DNA of 64,000 nt from Botryllus schlosseri (lineage: Eukaryota), in NCBI GenBank assembly GCA_051294905.1, contig CM119372.1, positions 20,524,001 to 20,588,000 on the forward strand, in the 5' to 3' direction. Below the pieces are notes generated by a model, which saw only the letters and a list, made by a program, of their open reading frames with translations, was not told the DNA's origin and did no database searches. This document shows positions 37,318 through 51,320 of this stretch, piece after piece (within the stretch, counting starts at the first letter, position 1; each line of letters opens with the position of its first letter). A program made the position numbers and the translations under genes.

Positions 37318-40300
37318 GTAGCATACATCATGTACACATAAATGCCAAACGGGCTAATTCCTTTCTCAAACATATCTCACTTTGATCAGGTCTTCGCGTG
37401 ACAAAAAATACATAATTTAAAAGTCAATTTACACAAAATGCGGATAAGTCATGGATAGGTCTATTAATAGACTATTATATAACGAGCGTTTGTCCAATCG
37501 GTCAAGTCTACCAGAATATGTTCAATATCTGGGATATCATGTTGTTGATGAAAAGATCTTGGGCTATACAATGGGCATTGGCCCTATATGCCATAAGGAT
37601 GCAATCAAACAGGCTTCAGTCAAACAGGCCTACTGCGGCCAATGTCATTGCCAACTTCAGAATTTTGCGTCGATATAATATGTCAACGATAACGCGACGT
37701 CACATATTCGTTGTTTCGTAATCATCAAATATGACGTCACATACGGATCGAAAACTTGAGGGTGAAAGAGAGCGTATAATGCTTTTCTATTCGAGATCTG
37801 TATAATTGGTCCTCTATAAATAGGAGTCATATAAGCGTCCCAAAACCGGGTTTTCAATGGAAGCTATTATGATAGGTCGAATTGTCCGGATACAATGTCG
37901 CGAGATGCACTGAGTACCGGAAGGTTGATAAGTCGCGAATCAACTAATAGCTGACGTCTCAGGATTATCCTTTGGAGCGCTCATATTGTGCAGCATTTTG
38001 TATTATACACGATACGGCATGATACATGATAATGGTGTCACCACATCGATACACGAATCTGCGACATAGTATTTGACATCGTTGTTAAAGTATAGGCTTA
38101 TAAAATTTCTCAACAGTGTGCATTATGGCCCCATGCCTTGCGTACAAATATACAAATTGTGGGAACTTCTACGGCAATACGAAGCATTTGAATAATATAG
38201 TCATATTTATTACTGAAGCTTTTCGGTTGACACTTATCATGGGATACCGTCAGCAATAATACGAGCATTAAAAAAACTATGTTTAACAACAATATACGAA
38301 GTATCTACGCCAGTAGGGAGAAGATTGATATACCCTTGGTTCAACTCGTGATATTACATTCTCATATTTCACGCTGCTAATCTAATTTGGATTACAAGGA
38401 GAATTGACGTGGTGTCATCATGGCCGGTCGTGTATTGTCCTGTAGCGGCGCCTTGAAACAAGTTTTGTTGTATCAGCTTTACTAATTCTACCCTAATTAT
38501 ACATGTGAGGAATAGCATGCTTATACTTGCCTGAAATAAGACGTTAGTGGACATCGGATCACGAGAATTTAGAAGTGTATCCTTGTTATCTGAGAATTGC
38601 AGCCGTATTTGCGTTTTAGTATCATCATGAAAAAATGCAGCTAACCAGGTGTTTTAAAGGGAGACATGAATCGTCGAATAATATGCGGTTCTATACTGTG
38701 ATGTTTTATCTTGATAACTCCTCAAAACGGGAATTAAGAGGTGGCAACACAGCTGCGTTCACGCCATTCCTATATTCTTTCATACTATTGTTGCGGCTTT
38801 CGAAGATCGTATGAAAGTTTTTCCCCTAGTATTTTTGCATCGTCATTTAATGTCATTTTCTGCCCTAATCCCACCTCAATTAAGATCATGTCATCATAAT
38901 ATTTGCTTTGTACGTGATGGTAGTGCGTGTAAGGTGATAGCTGGCGGGATCGTTCTATGTGTGCAGCGCACATGCACAGGTGTGCAACGTGCGGCCGGCA
39001 GAGAAAAACGTTTGAATGGTGTGTTGGCCCCGAAATGGATTTCTGATTTAGCTCATAGTCTGTTACGTCGTTATAGGCTAGGAGAATGGAGATAAAATCA
39101 CCCAAATCACTAAATATGCATCTGCTGACGGAAAGTTTATTCGCAATATCTACAGTACCTATAGGCACTAATAATAATGGACCATACAACTATATACTAA
39201 AAAACGCATATGTGCGGTCCGCTTAAGGAAAAAGGTTGCACACTGGGTGTACTGTTCGATTTAGATGCGTAGGCTAGTATACATGTATCACGTATATCCT
39301 ACTACAGCTGCGTTACGGGGTATATCAACTGACCGGAATAACAACATCACACGTTTTACGTTAATTTGTACGACTAGTCGGAAGCAATTGAACAGTCCAA
39401 TTCCAGGCGAAGTGTCTCATCATATTAAATTGCATGCAGTCATTATTACTAAGCGTAAAGTGTTTGTATTTTTAGAGAAACGCGAACACGTAGTATTTGA
39501 ATGGAAAATATAGCCGTCAAGCGCTATTTACTAGCAAATAGAGTGTTGACTACACGTGAATTCGTACAGGTGTACGAATCGTCACGAGAAGTCACTGCGT
39601 AGGTTATGTTCACGAGATTCGATGACTTAACTCTGGATTTTTCTTCCATTGAGGTTATTTAGTTTCATCTAAATTATACACAGCGCGGAACAAAGATTTG
39701 GGAATCAATGAGCCATAGTTTTAACAGGTTTTACATCGATACCAACATGCTGGCTGGCGGTAAGCACGAACGAAAACCGCTGCATCCCGTCATTTGTCAC
39801 GGCATCGAAACTAACTATAAATCACAATATTTTCCGTGAGTATAAAGCGGGCGTGATTCATGAAAACGCTCGCTTTATACCACGTAGCACACAATTTCAA
39901 GGTTAGTTGATCTTGAAAAACAAAAGCAAGCGGAACGTGCGTAGCTGTGTACGACGTACTGTTTCTTCTGTACATACAAAGATGTGGTATATTGAATCAA
40001 AATCGCGATTGCATTTTTTGTTATACCGTGTAGTGTACTCTGATGCATGTTTTGAGGTCGGAACACGTTCGTTATAATAGTCACAGTGCCTGAATTTAAC
40101 TTTGAACAGCGAATTGCGTTACACTTATCATAGCTACATCTATATCCTATTTCAATGCTCGATGATTCCATGATACGATTACCCTGGTTGTCACGCTTTC
40201 CTGAGTTTCGAAGCGTCACTCGCGGACGGCTGTAGGACGTAGGTAGATTGTAGAACTGTAGATTTAGGCCTATACATGAAAACAGCACGTACGCAAGACA

Positions 40301-41292
40301 ACAATCCTATCCGAAAGAGCCATGCGGTAGCTCAAGGGTAAACATCTAAACAACTATCACCAGTGTCTCAACCGACCATATTCATGTTTTGAGGGAGGTG
40401 CGTAAAGCCGCTTTCTATTATAGGTAAATATTATGTGAATCGAACGCTAGTTATGATATTACAGTCACATGATGTTTGTCTTTAGTCAATTCTTAAATAC
40501 CGTTAGATCATTAAAACCGTAAATTTTATGATATATCCTTGGTTTTTTTCTATCGACAAGCGACTCCGACATACTCTACACAAGTGATATTCGCGATACC
40601 GCGGATGCTCGACGAGCATTGCTCGTACAAACTTATGCCACCGTTCTCTGAACAGATGACGTCAATTCGGCGTTACCCTTTGAAACCGTCACCGCGCGCC
40701 AAACTCACTCAGCCGTATGACTCATCATATCGCCGGAGGACAGCAATCCATAACATCGCCACGAGACCACCAGTAAACACGCGGGAGTAAACGCACTGTA
40801 TATTTTGATATCCGGTAATTATATCGTCGGATAGTATTTCAAGTGTTGGACATCTGCGACAGCGATGCACAGTGTTGCAATGCGTGAACTATCCATCCAA
40901 TCAATCGACCATGTAGTGTAGAGCTGTTTCAGTCCGTGTAGGATTATGCCTTTTCACTCACTTGCAGAGTTATATATCATTAATTCAATACGCAGCGTCA
41001 TTTCTCGACGACTTTCATATGCTATGTATGCGTGGAATGTCCATTCAGCAAATCATTAGTAGCTCACGGGCGCATGGCACATATTTTTCTTAAAATGGTA
41101 TGTGTATAGGAGCTTCTCCCGTTCAGATCGAAATTGTCAATTCAATTTTTGTTTTAAATACCGGACTAACGGCCATTTATTTCAGCTTATATTCGATTCC
41201 CATAAAGGCGATAAATATCCAACATCGGTAGAGTTTGAAAATGGTTACCATGCTGAAGAATAATATGTGGATAATCCGTATACACTATGTAT

Positions 41293-41646
41293 TAGGGGTG
41301 TTCAAAAATAACTTATTTTTCTGGATTCCAGTCGTTCAGTTATCAAATTGTCAGGTTACCCTAAAAAACGCTGCACACCGAATTTGGTTCAATTCTAACA
41401 AGTATAGGGTTCCGCAGATCCATTTAAAATTTTTAATTTAAACAGGAAAACTAAAAAAAAATTTCAAATTTTTCTGTCAACCCCATGAAATTGTTGAGCT
41501 GTCTTCAGAGACGATGCAAAACAAAATTTGACTCAATTCCAACTAGTAGAAGCGGAGTTATTGGAGTTTTTCGTTGATAATTGTCAGATTATCCTTGATT
41601 GGTGAATAATCCTGTTTAAATTTAAAGTTATTTTTGAACAGCCCTA
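41293..41646. mobile_element. TAGGG(C/G)TGTTCAAAAAT-family MITE
   Basis: Ends TAGGGGTGTTCAAAAATAACTT / AAGTTATTTTTGAACAGCCCTA; TSD ctatgtat vs ctgtgtat. Confidence 0.9.
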
Positions 41647-44571
41647 CTGTGTATGCACTGTACAAGTTTGCAAAACACAGCAGACACCCTCATCTTGTAA
41701 ACACTGTGGATTCCTCCAGTGTCATCAATTGCGCGGTTTAATGATCGATCGTGCGGCGGTAAGACTTTGTCACTATACTTGGGAGAGTGAATGTATTGCT
41801 GGATCAACTCAGTCGTAGAATACTGTTTGCTTGGCCGCCCATCGGTGTTAGTTACTTTATTATTTTAACAGTACAGCGACTTTGTGTGGTTACATTTTCA
41901 TGTGACATCTCAACGCAATGATACGATGAAATATTTTACCTACGAACTTGAATTAGGAACCGGATATTCCCTTAAAGAATTGGTATGCAATCATTTACAA
42001 TATTCCAGGATTTCAACCAAATGAGGACGAGGTTGAATGAGTAACGGTCGAATACGCTAATCCTATCATTTAATCGAATTTGAGGAACCCGGAATGAGTG
42101 CTAATCCAATTCTACGTTTTGGAAGTAAAATGCATTGATCGAACATCCTCCATTTATTCCAACTCGGTATCATCCCATTCAGCGAGTATTCACAAAGTTT
42201 AAGTGTAGCTACGGATTTTCGCATTGTAATCGACCTATGACCTATATGAAATGGCTAGTTGGTTATAGTTTTTACTTGTAATATAGCGCACAATGCCCCT
42301 AAGTGTATGGTATCGACCAATTTATTATCTTGCTTCAGTGACAGGCAAGCCGCACCCCACAAAACTTGGAAGATAAGCACATATTCATCAAATTAGAAAA
42401 TTGAATATCGAATTCTGGCATCGGACTAGGCATAAAAAGTCAAATTAATGAAGATTCGTGGACACGTTATAAATGTGTCCATATAACCGACAATGATTAC
42501 GGTACGGATAACTACATCTATTTGTGTTGCGAAAACGAGGTTACGTCGATACCGTTAAATTGGGTTCGTGTCTGCGTTCCGAGCGCCAACGGTCTGTCTG
42601 TCTATTTTTAACCAACCAAGCACACGGCCCTGTTTAACGTTAGCATATTGGATATATCGCTTTCAACTATTGATAACGAAATTAACGCCTAGGATTCGCA
42701 ACCAAAAAAGGCGCAGCAGTCGAATCGATAATTCACTGTCGGTGCTCATTACGTCCGAGACATTGCATAAAAGCGGTAATCAATTGGTGTAAAAGCAGAT
42801 GCTAATTGCAATGTCGCACGTTGTACGAAACTGGCTAACCTGCACTTTCCAGGAACGTTGTTGAGAAATTACGCGTTAATGCGTTATATCGATCGCTGCT
42901 CTGTAGTTACAACTTACAATCGCCAGACTATATTTTCGGAGACCCGTGTTAATAGTTCTTACCAGCTGTTAGTTAGTTAACCATATTTTCTGTTGGAGTT
43001 GGCGACCACGACGCTATTAAAACAGGAATCAGTGCATTCAGCGACTGCGCCGTATCGGAAACCAAGACAATATAAGCCACACTGCCGCTATCGAACAGGG
43101 ATGTAAAACCTCGCCGTATATAATACAATCCAGAATGTCTTAACTACGTCTGTAGACCGTTCGTATCATGTAAACAGACGATACTTAACTGGGAAGTGGG
43201 AAGCATGGGTAAACGAATCACTGCCTACATTCTACAACAACAAAGCCGAAGACGTAGAGGAAATGAGGTCAATCTCACACCAGACGACACAAAAATCTGA
43301 TAATTTCAATCTCCGTGACTGCGTGCGTAAGGTACAAAACAATGAATTAAAATGATTCGCTTCATATCTGCTTGGAGAATATTCAATGTCCGACTCGTAC
43401 AAGTACTTGAATTATATTACAACTACACGCCTAAAACATTATTGGCATTACATATATTTCAACAGTTTGGAGTAGAGAAATCTACAAAATAGAGCTCTGA
43501 TCGGATCGGATGGATCATCAACTACAACAGTTCTCGACGGCACCTGGCAAAACTACAAGGTATTACGATCGTACATTGGAAGGCCACAGATCTATAAACG
43601 AAATTACAGCTACACGATTTACTTCCAAGGTGATATAAATAAACATGTCAGAAAACCTGCTGAAGTTGGCCCGACCAAACTGCACGTATGAACTCTGGCA
43701 GCATGAATCGCGCGCCAATCTGGTACGAAAGCCATAATGAAAATGGCATTTTTGGGTAACCACTGACTAACCAGTGACCTTAAAATCACATATATTACGT
43801 AGGCGTCTTGTGCCACAAAATATCGTGAAAACGAAATACTTGCGAATACTCCCCTTTCTACGAACAAACACCACGCAAAAACCCCGCGTCGATACTGGAA
43901 CTAATACTAAACCGACAAGCTTACGCACTTCCCGTCATTGACCTTGATTACAGCATCATCGCGCGCGGTCGCATCGGCTCCACAGCGATTCGAAAGAAAC
44001 CGACTTACGCACTCGTCATGCAGTTGCTTAAGGTATCGCCTGGCGGAGCTATTGCTAATGATACACTGAAAGCATAGAGATACACTATCCAACCTATCAA
44101 GCCGATAACTACCAAAAACGGAACACTGTTCGTGCTGGGGATCGGTTTAATAAACTGGCAATCATCGTAAATAAAACACAGGTGTTTGTTAAATAAGAAC
44201 AATAAAATCAAAAGTAGCAAGTAAACGCGAAAGAAGGAAAAGAGTACAAGCAAAGGTTGGTCTGTAAGAAAACAAAAACACGGGACGCGCGGACCGTCGT
44301 GGAAAGTATGCGTGGGTTATATATTGCACAGCTGGTAGTAAGAAAGACATTTCGCAGTAGGTGACGAATACCCAACGCCGTATTGGCACCATGCAGCCAG
44401 ACGGGCGCATGTTCGATCATCTCGCTCAATCGGACCGAGTCTCAACGCGATAGAACGTTCTTATCGGGCATCGGCTACTTGGCGATCGCTGCCGCTGGAA
44501 CAGTGGACGACAGTCCCTTACTTCTAGCACCGTCACTCCATGTAGTCGCTCGCGAATCTCAACAAGCTGCG

Positions 44572-45672
44572 TCACCGGTACAAAACGTATCTCTTAACGG
44601 GTTGCGGTAAAGGCAGCTGCTCGACTTTGCCGTGCAAATTCGGCTTGCCCAGAGACATCCTGATCCTGTGTCGGCACATCTCCGCGAGAGGTAAAGGTAG
44701 AGCTGTAAGAAGAGTAACAGGGTAATCACACCAGTCATTCCAGAGGCGCAGGCAATATACTCACGATTTAAGCTGTTGATATATTTAATCCCGACTTCAC
44801 AGTGACCCCAAACAGAGCTAATCACGGGGTAGAGCGTTTTTCCTTTTAATCCAGAAAAGGCGACACCGAGATACTGTCCGTCCGCTACATAGCTCAAAGT
44901 GCCTTCGTCCATATCGAGAACCACCAAGATTTTCTCGGGGACCACGAAATTTTCGTCAGCGTCCAAGAAAGTAGGGTACACTTTACACCCGGACTTCTCG
45001 TCTCGGTGGTACTTCCCGCCGTGGTAAAGCTTGTTACGTCCCAAGTCCCATCCCCACGATTTATCATCCGCACCCACTAAAGACCGATATCCAACGCAAG
45101 TTAAAGGCGCGTCCGCCGTGGCGACGCCTATGACGGCGTGCGTACCGCGCTGTCTCGTACTCCACTTAATTTCCCAACAGTGAAGACCTCTCGAAAAGCC
45201 CATTTTTCCGCGCACGCCGTCGGTGGATTGAGCCACGGGGTGTCTGTGCATAGTTAAGTCATCGTCTTTTACGAAAACGTTGACGCTTTTGTCTTTCGAA
45301 TTCCAGCCGTGTTTAATTTGTTCTTCTTTATTAGCGGCTGGCATATTCAACAAAACGTCCAGTCTGCATGAGAAATCATCGATTAAGTCAGGGTTCAAAA
45401 TCTTAGAAACCTAGTATACCCCACCTGTAAGGACATTCCGGTTCTGAGCCGGAACTGATGTGATTGCTGTGATGACGGTGGTGAGAGCGCCTTTCCCTAT
45501 TGCTGTGTCTTCGGCTGCTTTGCTTCGACGAATCAGACCGTCTGTTTGATCGAGCCGTTGACCCGGTGCCGTTTTCGGAGTGCCGCGAACCGGTTCGCGA
45601 CATTAGAGGCTCTAACAAGGCCAACTGTCTGAAACCAGACCTTCCGTCGCTCGTAGATATCTTCTGTCCCAT
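44572..45672 (-). CDS. SPSB1: SPRY domain-containing SOCS box protein (SPSB1/4-like, gustavus family), E3 ligase substrate adaptor; coding exons 45672-45425, 45363-44765, 44702-44572; about 325 aa
   Basis: Starts MGQKIS as in gustavus/SPSB1/4. SPRY core: RLDVLLNMP...[44 protein letters not shown]...[13 protein letters not shown]...[12 protein letters not shown]...[18 protein letters not shown] splicing restores the frame and gives the SOCS box [17 protein letters not shown]...[21 protein letters not shown]. 248+599+131=978 nt. Exact vertebrate paralogue not resolvable. Confidence 0.96.
44703..44764 (-). other. 62-nt intron (phase 1) between SPRY and SOCS-box exons
   Basis: Minus strand GTGAGT...CTCTTCTTACAG; removal joins INSLN to [10 protein letters not shown] in frame. 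Confidence 0.92.
45364..45424 (-). other. 61-nt intron (phase 2)
   Basis: Minus strand AG|GTGGGG...TTTCTCATGCAG; removal gives [13 protein letters not shown] in frame. Confidence 0.9.
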
Positions 45673-45692
45673 TCTCGAACAATTATGAAAAC

Positions 45693-45710
45693 CTGCGAAG
45701 AAACGATAAA
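45693..45710 (-). promoter_or_regulatory. 3' splice acceptor 20 nt upstream of the SPSB start codon
   Basis: Minus strand TTTATCGTTTCTTCGCAG|GTTTTCATAATTGTTCGAGA-ATG; implies an upstream non-coding exon or a trans-splice site. Confidence 0.6.
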
Positions 45711-48700
45711 GCTGATGCCTCGTGATAATGAGAACGTACGCGCGTTGGTAATTTGCAACCCTACGGCTCCAGGCAGACGGCGGCGCTCAACACGACCGCC
45801 CGAGGCGACATATGCTGACTTACTGTTTTAACCAACGTCTTTTACTGTCGTCACCCGACTGTGGATTTCCGCTAGTCTGGCACCGCGATAAGAGGGCGAA
45901 AGCGCTCTCACAGCGCAGACTACGAAAGCGACAATGTACGACGATTCGAATTTGGGGAAGCTTCATCTCGCCAAGACAGCAGGTTTACGACGACTTCATT
46001 CATAATTCAGTGTGATCAAACCCAATTTTACCCATCGCATTTTAACCGTGCATAACGTAGCTTGCGCCGAGGCGCTTATGATCAAACACTCGGTGGTAAG
46101 TAATCAATGAAAAACCGCTTCATTCATCTCCCGTCGAGTTACTACGCCGCACTCGGCGAGTGGAAAACACAGGCCGATAGACGCGCTTGAATTCAAATAT
46201 TTCCTTTACCGAGCCGGAATTTTCCATTACGTAGCGTCAGTCGGGTATAGGCCAGCCGCGCTACACAACGCAACCAACTCATGGCAGCGCGTCGGGCTGA
46301 AACACTGATAACTATAATGCCAGCTGTATCATTGACGGTTGGCAGTCAACACAACTGGTCTACATGCGTTATTACACGCTGAGCTACAAACACCGCATCT
46401 GAAATATCGTCGCTATCTTGATTTAAGACTGGCAACACAAACTTACGTTGATAATATATAAGATGCGATCCTCTTCGCTGAACGAAAGTCTTTGACTTAA
46501 AAAACTAAAATTCAACTTCACAATAACCAACAATGCTTAGATACCACTAACAAATGCATACACTAGCGCACGTTGTCCACGTATGAAGTCTGGTACAGCA
46601 ACACTACGAGATTTTATACTGGTGGAAATTTCCATTACGTAGTATGCGAGAGACATTTGAGACGAGCAGTGAGAGATGATAGGAGGCTCCGGAGCGATGG
46701 ATGCGCGGATTCTCTCACAAAGCCTATGAATAAAGAAATCAGAATGGTTTCGCTCATGTGGTTAAGAGTGAGAGTGAACGGGAAAAGTGAGAAACGTCAC
46801 GGGCTAGCTGCTCGAAATTCGAGAAACGTTGACAACACAAATTGTTAATGAATTAAGCAGAAGCTAAAGAGTAAATTTATGCTTTGCGGAGAAGATCGAT
46901 TTCGTGAAAAGTGTGTCAGAATATAAACTGCTGTTTATGACAAATCACAAAGCTAGTATCTTGTTATTTTCGACGAAATCAAAGGCTAACACAGCACTTC
47001 TCTTTGATACCATTAGTGACTACAGACTACTATACCGAAATCACCCCTCGCCCAGAGCATAGACGTCGCCAGGGGCGCAAGGCGACTTCACCCACTTAAA
47101 TTCTCAACATGGGCACCTGAACTACGTCACTTTTCACTACGTCACAATTAATATGGAACGTTATTAAAGATAAAACGCACCGCCAAATTTCCAAACCTAT
47201 GCCATCAATTATTTTCCACTTTTTTGTTTTCAATTATATACAGTCCATAATACAGTCCATCCTCAAGATTACCGGACCACGACTGACCTATCGATCTCGC
47301 TTCCCATGACATGCCGCCCTATTTCTTGTCGCTTTCTTTTTCTATACTGTATTCTTTACTTTCATTCAGTGTGCATGCCTCCTCTTTACTACGCCTAGGC
47401 CAAGGTGGGTGTCCGATTCCATTGACAAATCCAAGTCGCTTCGACATCTTCCTGTCTATTCATTGTATCGCATTTTTTGTGGTGTATTGAACTGATAAAA
47501 TTGCTAATAAACCAATGATGATGATGAATTACAAGAACCATTGTATCGAGTATTATCACTACTGGACTTTCAAGCCTAATACTTTCTCTTATCATGTTCA
47601 ATCAGGCCGAATCTTTCAAACTTAGAAGGCTGTTAAGTGTTGAATATTCAAATTGTTCACTGTTCGCATTTGCAGTTACTGTATTAATCTAACGCTGCTG
47701 ACATTTGGGCCGGTTCGGCAACGAGTGATCCTTATGGGGGTTCTTTATTGGTTGATTAGTATTATATATCCATTAGCCGTAAGCAGATGCGTTGATTTGT
47801 TGAATTATATCCCGTAATTGCAGTTGCAAGTCCGGTGTGAAATCTGAGATCACGTAGGCTACTTGCTGTGCAGTTGTGAAAATAAAATATTCGAATGCCT
47901 AATGCTGTCATCCAATGCCGAACTAACACTGCAACACCTCGGAGTGTTGTTCTCTCTGGCAACTCAGCTGTGTAGCATATCAGATAATATGCTATATCAG
48001 CATTTGAGAACCTAGCTGTAATGATCGCAAATGTTGTCAGGTTTGCTACCAATATTGTGTATTGTCACTGTTATAGTAGGCATGGAAGGAACGAAGGGAT
48101 CATCACCAGCCTGCCCCAGTTACAGATAACATACGATATGACGCAATTACGACTGTAACCTAAAATATAGGTGTATCCTTATATGTAACGATTGAAACAG
48201 TTGAAAGTTTGTTCTCTTCCGAGTTAATTGTCAGCAGAATTGATCGTTAAATCTGCTAAATTCATTAATTATATTAGAAGGGAAAAGTTGAAGGCATCTG
48301 GAAATTCGCGGGTCCGGGTTTGATGAGGCTATCTGTTGTCTTTACACCGCCTTTCGAAGCTTTTGGGACGGTCGATAAATTTGCGATTCTGAAGTCGAAT
48401 TCACCCAGAAATTATATCACTCGGATTATATCCGTTCGCGAAGTTGTCAAATTAAAGATAGACCGAACTGAAGTATTCTGGTTGCTCGAACGCCCCTTTC
48501 GAAGCGACCCATCTTAGATTACAGCATAATCACTATAGCTTGAGACAAATATTGTACTCCGGAATATAATGCAACGGCATGTGACTATGCAAGAAAACTG
48601 ATATTACGCATGGACATTACACATGCACATGCACAATGCACATGCAATTTCACTGCTTCCATAATAAACTCTTGTCGACACGTGACAGTTCTCTCACGTG

Positions 48701-48831
48701 AATGGACGAAGGCTGCTTCGTTCCTTCTAGTTTATGCTTGGTAACTATGACAAAATTAGAAAACTCCCGACTTGACACGCCAAATATATCAGTCAAACGT
48801 ATATAGTGACCCGTTCTTGATATGTATATGG

Positions 48832-49469
48832 CAGTGGTTCTTATACTTTTTAGACCGCGACCCAAATCTGACTTTTAGTGGTATCTCGCGACCCAAGCAA
48901 CACACACCAAAATGAATGCATTTGGGTGCCGACCAATTATATCAATAACGAAGGGTTTGGCCACCCAGCGACGGTCAATTATCGCCACCGAACTTTTTGG
49001 CACCGCACTTTGCCCAGCCGTATGTTGGCCCAACGCCATATATTCATGTGTCCAAGCGTGGACGGGTTTTGGCCTCATAAACCGGCAACCGCTCGTTGTA
49101 CAGCTCTACACTAAAGCGTCCCAGCTCTCCGACGGTGTTTTCCAGAGAAACCAATGTTGAAAAAATCTTATCATGAATTCAAACCAATTTGTTTAATACA
49201 AAGGTCGGCACATTTTCATGATCAAGTCATGTTGTGGTGGCGACTTCTCCGCGTGTCTCGCTTATTGGCCGTGGTACCAAACTCAGTGACCTCTGATATG
49301 CTCAAACCGACTACAGTAAATCGCGCGAAAAGCGAACATATTTTGTTGTTGCAATGACCTCAAATAATATTACATACATATTAAAAGACCGCTCTGGTAC
49401 CGTCGCGACCCAAAATTATACCCTTCGCGACCTATGTTTGGGTCGCGACCCATACTTTAAGAACCACTG
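48832..49469. mobile_element. hAT (Charlie-type) MITE, copy 1 in duplication
   Basis: TIRs CAGTGGTTCTTA / TAAGAACCACTG; perfect TSD gtatatgg; CGCGACCC repeats. Confidence 0.92.
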
Positions 49470-51320
49470 GTATATGGTATAGAACCGATAATAGTGATTA
49501 TGTAGGCCATTCTAATTGAATTCAATGGGAGTATACTGGAAATATTTGCCAACGTCGCCAGGGGCGCAAGGCGACTTCACCCACTTAAATTCTCAACATG
49601 GGCACCTGAACTACGTCACTTTTCACTACGTCACAATTAATATGGAACGTTATTAAAGATAAAACGCACCGCCAAATTTCCAAACCTATGCCATCAATTA
49701 TTTTCCACTTTTTTGTTTTCAATTATATACAGTCCATAATACAGTCCATCCTCAAGATTACCGGACCACGACTGACCTATCGATCTCGCTTCCCATGACA
49801 TGCCGCCCTATTTCTTGTCGCTTTCTTTTTCTATACTGTATTCTTTACTTTCATTCAGTGTGCATGCCTCCTCTTTACTACGCCTAGGCCAAGGTGGGTG
49901 TCCGATTCCATTGACAAATCCAAGTCGCTTCGACATCTTCCTGTCTATTCATTGTATCGCATTTTTTGTGGTGTATTGAACTGATAAAATTGCTAATAAA
50001 CCAATGATGATGATGAATTACAAGAACCATTGTATCGAGTATTATCACTACTGGACTTTCAAGCCTAATACTTTCTCTTATCATGTTCAATCAGGCCGAA
50101 TCTTTCAAACTTAGAAGGCTGTTAAGTGTTGAATATTCAAATTGTTCACTGTTCGCATTTGCAGTTACTGTATTAATCTAACGCTGCTGACATTTGGGCC
50201 GGTTCGGCAACGAGTGATCCTTATGGGGGTTCTTTATTGGTTGATTAGTATTATATATCCATTAGCCGTAAGCAGATGCGTTGATTTGTTGAATTATATC
50301 CCGTAATTGCAGTTGCAAGTCCGGTGTGAAATCTGAGATCACGTAGGCTACTTGCTGTGCAGTTGTGAAAATAAAATATTCGAATGCCTAATGCTGTCAT
50401 CCAATGCCGAACTAACACTGCAACACCTCGGAGTGTTGTTCTCTCTGGCAACTCAGCTGTGTAGCATATCAGATAATATGCTATATCAGCATTTGAGAAC
50501 CTAGCTGTAATGATCGCAAATGTTGTCAGGTTTGCTACCAATATTGTGTATTGTCACTGTTATAGTAGGCATGGAAGGAACGAAGGGATCATCACCAGCC
50601 TGCCCCAGTTACAGATAACATACGATATGACGCAATTACGACTGTAACCTAAAATATAGGTGTATCCTTATATGTAACGATTGAAACAGTTGAAAGTTTG
50701 TTCTCTTCCGAGTTAATTGTCAGCAGAATTGATCGTTAAATCTGCTAAATTCATTAATTATATTAGAAGGGAAAAGTTGAAGGCATCTGGAAATTCGCGG
50801 GTCCGGGTTTGATGAGGCTATCTGTTGTCTTTACACCGCCTTTCGAAGCTTTTGGGACGGTCGATAAATTTGCGATTCTGAAGTCGAATTCACCCAGAAA
50901 TTATATCACTCGGATTATATCCGTTCGCGAAGTTGTCAAATTAAAGATAGACCGAACTGAAGTATTCTGGTTGCTCGAACGCCCCTTTCGAAGCGACCCA
51001 TCTTAGATTACAGCATAATCACTATAGCTTGAGACAAATATTGTACTCCGGAATATAATGCAACGGCATGTGACTATGCAAGAAAACTGATATTACGCAT
51101 GGACATTACACATGCACATGCACAATGCACATGCAATTTCACTGCTTCCATAATAAACTCTTGTCGACACGTGACAGTTCTCTCACGTGAATGGACGAAG
51201 GCTGCTTCGTTCCTTCTAGTTTATGCTTGGTAACTATGACAAAATTAGAAAACTCCCGACTTGACACGCCAAATATATCAGTCAAACGTATATAGTGACC
51301 CGTTCTTGATATGTATATGG

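Noticed and set aside
44559..45398. 279-aa ORF as a complete single-exon protein
   Set aside because: It begins and ends inside introns. The true frame needs the two short introns and ends in the SOCS-box exon at 44572.
47395..47601. IRESIRL...MNRQED as a second Penelope endonuclease tail
   Set aside because: The resemblance is limited to a few residues and the upstream frame shows no supporting motifs; it would need a TBLASTN/HMM hit.
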